A stretch of 64,000 nt of DNA, from NCBI GenBank assembly GCA_965224085.1, contig CBDCYI010000011.1:1440001-1504000 (forward strand). Reading direction: 5' to 3'. Source of the stretch: Candidatus Marinacidobacterales bacterium. GTDB taxonomy: Bacteria > Acidobacteriota > Vicinamibacteria > Marinacidobacterales > SMYC01. Each line of letters begins with the position of its first letter. The first letter of the stretch is position 1. The notes below the pieces were generated by a model. The model was not told where the DNA came from and did not search any database. It was given only the letters and a program-made list of their open reading frames with translations. Shown here one piece after another: positions 60,611-64,000 of this stretch. A program made the translations under genes and the position numbers.

Positions 60611-61636
60611 CTACAGCACGGGAGGGGCGGCGATGTTCAAAACGTCCTTGATGACGGAGGCGGCCGTCGCGAGTGGTCCTCCTTTACTGCTGCGCACCGT
60701 GATCGTGCCCATGACGTCGGTCTCGAAGACCGCGCCTTTCTCGCCCGGCCCGAGATCGTAGAGCGGGTCCTCGGGCGCTAGGAACGCGGGCTCGGTATTC
60801 AATCGGACCGACCCGTCGGCGTCGCGCTCGCCCGTCGCGATGAGGCGGATACGGCGGCGGCGCGAGCGGGCATCATCGAGCTCTTTCTTGCCGATCGCGC
60901 CGACTCCCATGGTATTGACATCCGCGAGCGTGAGCGCCGGATCCCAGATCGCTCGATCTAGAATCAAAAGCTTGTAGGCAGCGTCCCAGCCATCGAGGTC
61001 GAGAGAAGGGTCCTCTTCGATCGTGCCTTCGATCCGCGCGCTCTCGATGGACTTCTCTAGAGAGATGCCGGATTCGAGATCGCACAATACTTGATTCGTC
61101 GTGTCGTTGAAAACACCGCGGAAGCGGCTCAGCTTCGTCCCGCGCAGCCCCAAAACGCCGACTTCCAGACTCGGAAGCGGGATCCCGACCGCGGCCGAGG
61201 CGCCAAGCCTCGCCCCGTTCGCTTGTGCGAGAGCGGATAGTTCGCCGTAGCGCGCGACGAGCGGCCCTTTGCTCGCGAAAACGACCGGGACCCCGCGCTC
61301 GAGCGCCGCGCGGGCAGGGGTGAACCCCGGCTCACCCGTCCGCGCATCCGTGATGCTCGTGTCGACGAGCACGCCTCCGGAGAGGGCGTCGAGAGCGTTA
61401 TCGAGTGCAAGCTCCCGGGCGCCTTCGATCGCGCGCACGTGGCCTTGCTTTCTCTTGGCGCTTACGAGTGCCCCTAAATCGTGGCCCTCGGTGGCCACGC
61501 CGCCGCTTCGATCGAAGATCGAGTGGATCGTCAGTCGAAAGCCTTCACGCGCATAGCCGTCGTTCTGCTGGACCAGTCGTGCTATCGACTGGCCGACATT
61601 GCCGAATCCTAGCAGCATGATCGGCACGTTCTTCAT
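60611..61636 (-). CDS. Homoserine dehydrogenase family protein
   Basis: GFGNVG, ASKGPL, GVFNDTTN, EEDPSLDLDGWDAAYK, TAASV. Confidence 0.85.
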   Translation of the reverse strand: MKNVPIMLLGFGNVGQSIARLVQQNDGYAREGFRLTIHSIFDRSGGVATEGHDLGALVSAKRKQGHVRAIEGARELALDNALDALSGGVLVDTSITDARTGEPGFTPARAALERGVPVVFASKGPLVARYGELSALAQANGARLGASAAVGIPLPSLEVGVLGLRGTKLSRFRGVFNDTTNQVLCDLESGISLEKSIESARIEGTIEEDPSLDLDGWDAAYKLLILDRAIWDPALTLADVNTMGVGAIGKKELDDARSRRRRIRLIATGERDADGSVRLNTEPAFLAPEDPLYDLGPGEKGAVFETDVMGTITVRSSKGGPLATAASVIKDVLNIAAPPVL

Positions 61637-61637
61637 G

Positions 61638-62534
61638 TCAGGGGATCCTCTCGCTTGGCTCTTCGATCTCGAAGGTCAACGTGCACCAAAAACTCTCCCA
61701 CGATATCTGAGGATCGTCGTCCACCCGCACGAGATGAATTGAGCTCAAGTACCAAAGCCCGTCGGACGGAATCGTCACGATTGCCTTGCCGCTTCCATCC
61801 GTTTTCGTCTTGATCTCTCCGCGACGCCCTCCCGCCTTCCCGCCAAAGATCGGCATCTCGGCGAGCGGCTCGCCCTCGTATAACAGCTGAAGCTCGAGCT
61901 CTTCTCCAGGCAGGACGCGGTTCGGGTTGCGGGAAGGAACGATCTCGATCCTATGCCCTACCGGTTTCGACCATGACGGCTCCGTATCCGCATGGCTCTC
62001 TTCGGACTCCGGGTCGCCGACGCCGACGACAACATCAATCGTAGCCTTAGCCCATTTCGAGTAGCGCTCGACCGCCGCATCCGCGTTCTCGCCGAGCTCG
62101 TCGCGACGCGCGAGGATGCGCTCGAGCCCATTCTCTTCGAGATAATCTTCGAAGTCTTCTGCCTTGAGACGGACGCGACGAGGACGGGTCCCGAGAGCGA
62201 TCACGTGACTCCCAATGGCCGTCCCCTGTAAATCGAAGCTCAACGATTTCCCATCCACGCGAAAGGCGCTGATCCGCCTAGCCTCGAGCGGCCCATGAAG
62301 CACCACCGTCGTGAGACGAAGCTCGCCGATGAGCGACAAGCTCTCGGGATATTGATCTCCGCTATTGACAATGACCCGGGTAATCTCGCCGGGAGCGAGA
62401 CGATACTTCCCCACCACCAACCATAGGTCATGCGCACTGGCGGAGCTCGTCCAAAGAGCAAGAGTGCCGAGGGCATGAGCCACCAAAAACACGAATCCCC
62501 GCACCCGTCGAGCGGGTGCGGGGACAATTCGCAT
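61638..62534 (-). CDS. DUF4198 domain-containing exported protein
   Basis: Signal peptide ASA-HDLW, ERYSKWAK, EIVP..NP, Y.GEPL, TDG.G, W. Confidence 0.85.
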   Translation of the reverse strand: MRIVPAPARRVRGFVFLVAHALGTLALWTSSASAHDLWLVVGKYRLAPGEITRVIVNSGDQYPESLSLIGELRLTTVVLHGPLEARRISAFRVDGKSLSFDLQGTAIGSHVIALGTRPRRVRLKAEDFEDYLEENGLERILARRDELGENADAAVERYSKWAKATIDVVVGVGDPESEESHADTEPSWSKPVGHRIEIVPSRNPNRVLPGEELELQLLYEGEPLAEMPIFGGKAGGRRGEIKTKTDGSGKAIVTIPSDGLWYLSSIHLVRVDDDPQISWESFWCTLTFEIEEPSERIP

Positions 62535-62545
62535 GGAAAGTCTGA

Positions 62546-63058
62546 TTAGGCCGCCGAGAAATCAGCCGTCAGTCGCGCCGTTCCCCAATCGAGAATGAGC
62601 TTGCCTTCGTCGCCGCTCCCCTCGAGCTTGATCGTCATGTTGTTGACCGGCGTATCGAGCTTGGAGATGACGCCTGTGACCTTACCGACGACGTTCGTCG
62701 GCTTGACGCTGCCAGTAAGGTCTTCCGCCACGATGAGCGTCCACTTCCTGTTCTCGTCAAAATGCGCCACGAGTTTGTAGCTCCCCTCGGGGACCACCAT
62801 ATCGCCGAACTTCAAGTCGACAGCCGTCGTGAGCGTTGTCGCTCGATCCGCGCCCATGCGCCAATAGCCTCCGGGAGGAAGCATGCTCAGCACGTCCCGA
62901 CCCTTGGATTCCGGTCCGGTGAAATCCACCTTGACTTCCCCACCCCCGATCTTCGCAGAACTGGACCCGGCCTTGTTTCCGTGACCCATCACGACCGGCG
63001 CCGCAACCATAGCGGCCACACCGAACACCAATCCCAACATCCCTAGCTTTTTCGTCAT
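62546..63058 (-). CDS. DUF2911 domain-containing exported protein
   Basis: Signal peptide, P..KGR, WRMGAD.AT, VP.G.Y.L, W. Confidence 0.85.
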   Translation of the reverse strand: MTKKLGMLGLVFGVAAMVAAPVVMGHGNKAGSSSAKIGGGEVKVDFTGPESKGRDVLSMLPPGGYWRMGADRATTLTTAVDLKFGDMVVPEGSYKLVAHFDENRKWTLIVAEDLTGSVKPTNVVGKVTGVISKLDTPVNNMTIKLEGSGDEGKLILDWGTARLTADFSAA

Positions 63059-63151
63059 ATTCTCGGGCTCCGTTTCTTTCGAACGTTACGATGCCACCTT
63101 GAACAGCATCTCGATTTGCCTGGCTTGCAAGATTCTCATCTCCGAATGAGG

Positions 63152-64000
63152 TTAGAACCCGCCACTCTCCGGCGTCGCGAGCGCCGTCTCGATCGCAAGA
63201 CCAAGGGTTTCGCGAGACTGAAAGTTCACGAAGTGATTGGCGATGGTGCCTGAGCCGTTCACAAGAAACAACGTCGGAAAGATGTTCACGTTACCCAACG
63301 AGGCTCGAACGTCCTCCGTGAGGTGAAGATTCGGATAGTTCACGCCGATCTTCTTCGCATATTCCGCGCGATAGGCGTCGTCATATTTCAATTTCAGGAT
63401 CCTGTCCGCGTTGAGCCCCAGGACCGTGAATCCCTTGTCTTCGTAGGTCTCTTGAAGCGCTACGAGCTCTGGCCCAATCTTGACACATGGCGGGCAGTTC
63501 GTGAACCACACATAGACGAGCACGGCCTTGCCCGAGAATTGGCCCACGTTCATCTCTTTACCGCTATAGCTCGTGCCCGAGATAGCGGGGATACGCTTGC
63601 CTTCCCAGCCGGTGAGCGTCCGCTCGACCGCCCGGTTGAATCGCTCGTCAGCTTTCACCGCATCGATGTCGATTCTTGTGATCTCGCGGGTCTTCGGATC
63701 GCGCTCGATGAATCTCGGCACGCGAGGGTCGGATTGCATCACGCTCAAGACGACATCGGCGGCCTCGGGACCGTAGAAAGCGAATTGGCCCGCAATGTCT
63801 AGAAGAGTCGGAAGACGCCCCTGCCGATCCTCGAACTCGATGACGAAGAGCGGGATGCGAAAAAACGCACCGGTGAGCTTGTCGAGCGCGGCCCGCTCAT
63901 CGGGGGTGGTAAACACCTCGTTCCAGAGAACGGAGAGGACGAGCCGCTCGCCAGGTTTCGCGTTTTCCTTGATGTAATTAATGATGCGCCGCTCGGCATC
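63152..64000 (-). CDS. TlpA/peroxiredoxin-like thiol-disulfide oxidoreductase, 5'-partial
   Basis: WFTNCPPC, FPT cis-Pro motif; frame open to the window end. Confidence 0.85.
   Translation of the reverse strand, partial: DAERRIINYIKENAKPGERLVLSVLWNEVFTTPDERAALDKLTGAFFRIPLFVIEFEDRQGRLPTLLDIAGQFAFYGPEAADVVLSVMQSDPRVPRFIERDPKTREITRIDIDAVKADERFNRAVERTLTGWEGKRIPAISGTSYSGKEMNVGQFSGKAVLVYVWFTNCPPCVKIGPELVALQETYEDKGFTVLGLNADRILKLKYDDAYRAEYAKKIGVNYPNLHLTEDVRASLGNVNIFPTLFLVNGSGTIANHFVNFQSRETLGLAIETALATPESGGF

Noticed and set aside
63124-63142. Fur-box-like GATGAGAATCTTGCAA upstream of DUF2911 on the minus strand
   Set aside because: Match too weak to support without a profile search
1-64000. Apparent abundance of TCGA, CTCGAG and GAGCTC words
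   Set aside because: Explained by CTC/GAG/GTC/GAC codon pairs as a genome signature; not quantified

Overview
High-GC bacterial chromosomal segment. Gene content and order suggest Acidobacteriota, probably Vicinamibacteria-like (inference). The backbone is housekeeping: copA, def-fmt, Lon-like protease, rsmB-PASTA-rpe, bamD, pgsA, tRNA-Gly(CCC), bactofilin, ald, hrcA-grpE-dnaK-dnaJ-prmA-rsmE, pilT-recX-alaS, mobA, cutA, ftsB, rnc and a cysteine desulfurase. Several disruptions can be resolved to the base: (1) a 539-bp IS200/IS605 TnpA-only element splitting a sensor-less histidine kinase; (2) a 121-bp templated copy of the lon/rsmB intergenic region inside lon; (3) a 2010-bp IS1634 with CTGTG target duplication; (4) a 189-bp MITE with 13-bp TIRs and TTAA duplication inside pilT. 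Less precisely bounded are (5) a compositionally foreign, gammaproteobacterial-type waaC and (6) an apparent deletion joining a volactin-like actin 5' end to an anti-sigma-like 3' end. The best candidate for an uncharacterised system is the operon at 29511-32522: a POTRA-less Omp85 barrel followed by a signal-peptide-bearing atypical kinase-fold protein. About seven small frameshifts, mostly at homopolymer or dinucleotide runs, look like long-read errors. No rRNA or CRISPR array was seen. All family assignments are by eye; no searches were run.
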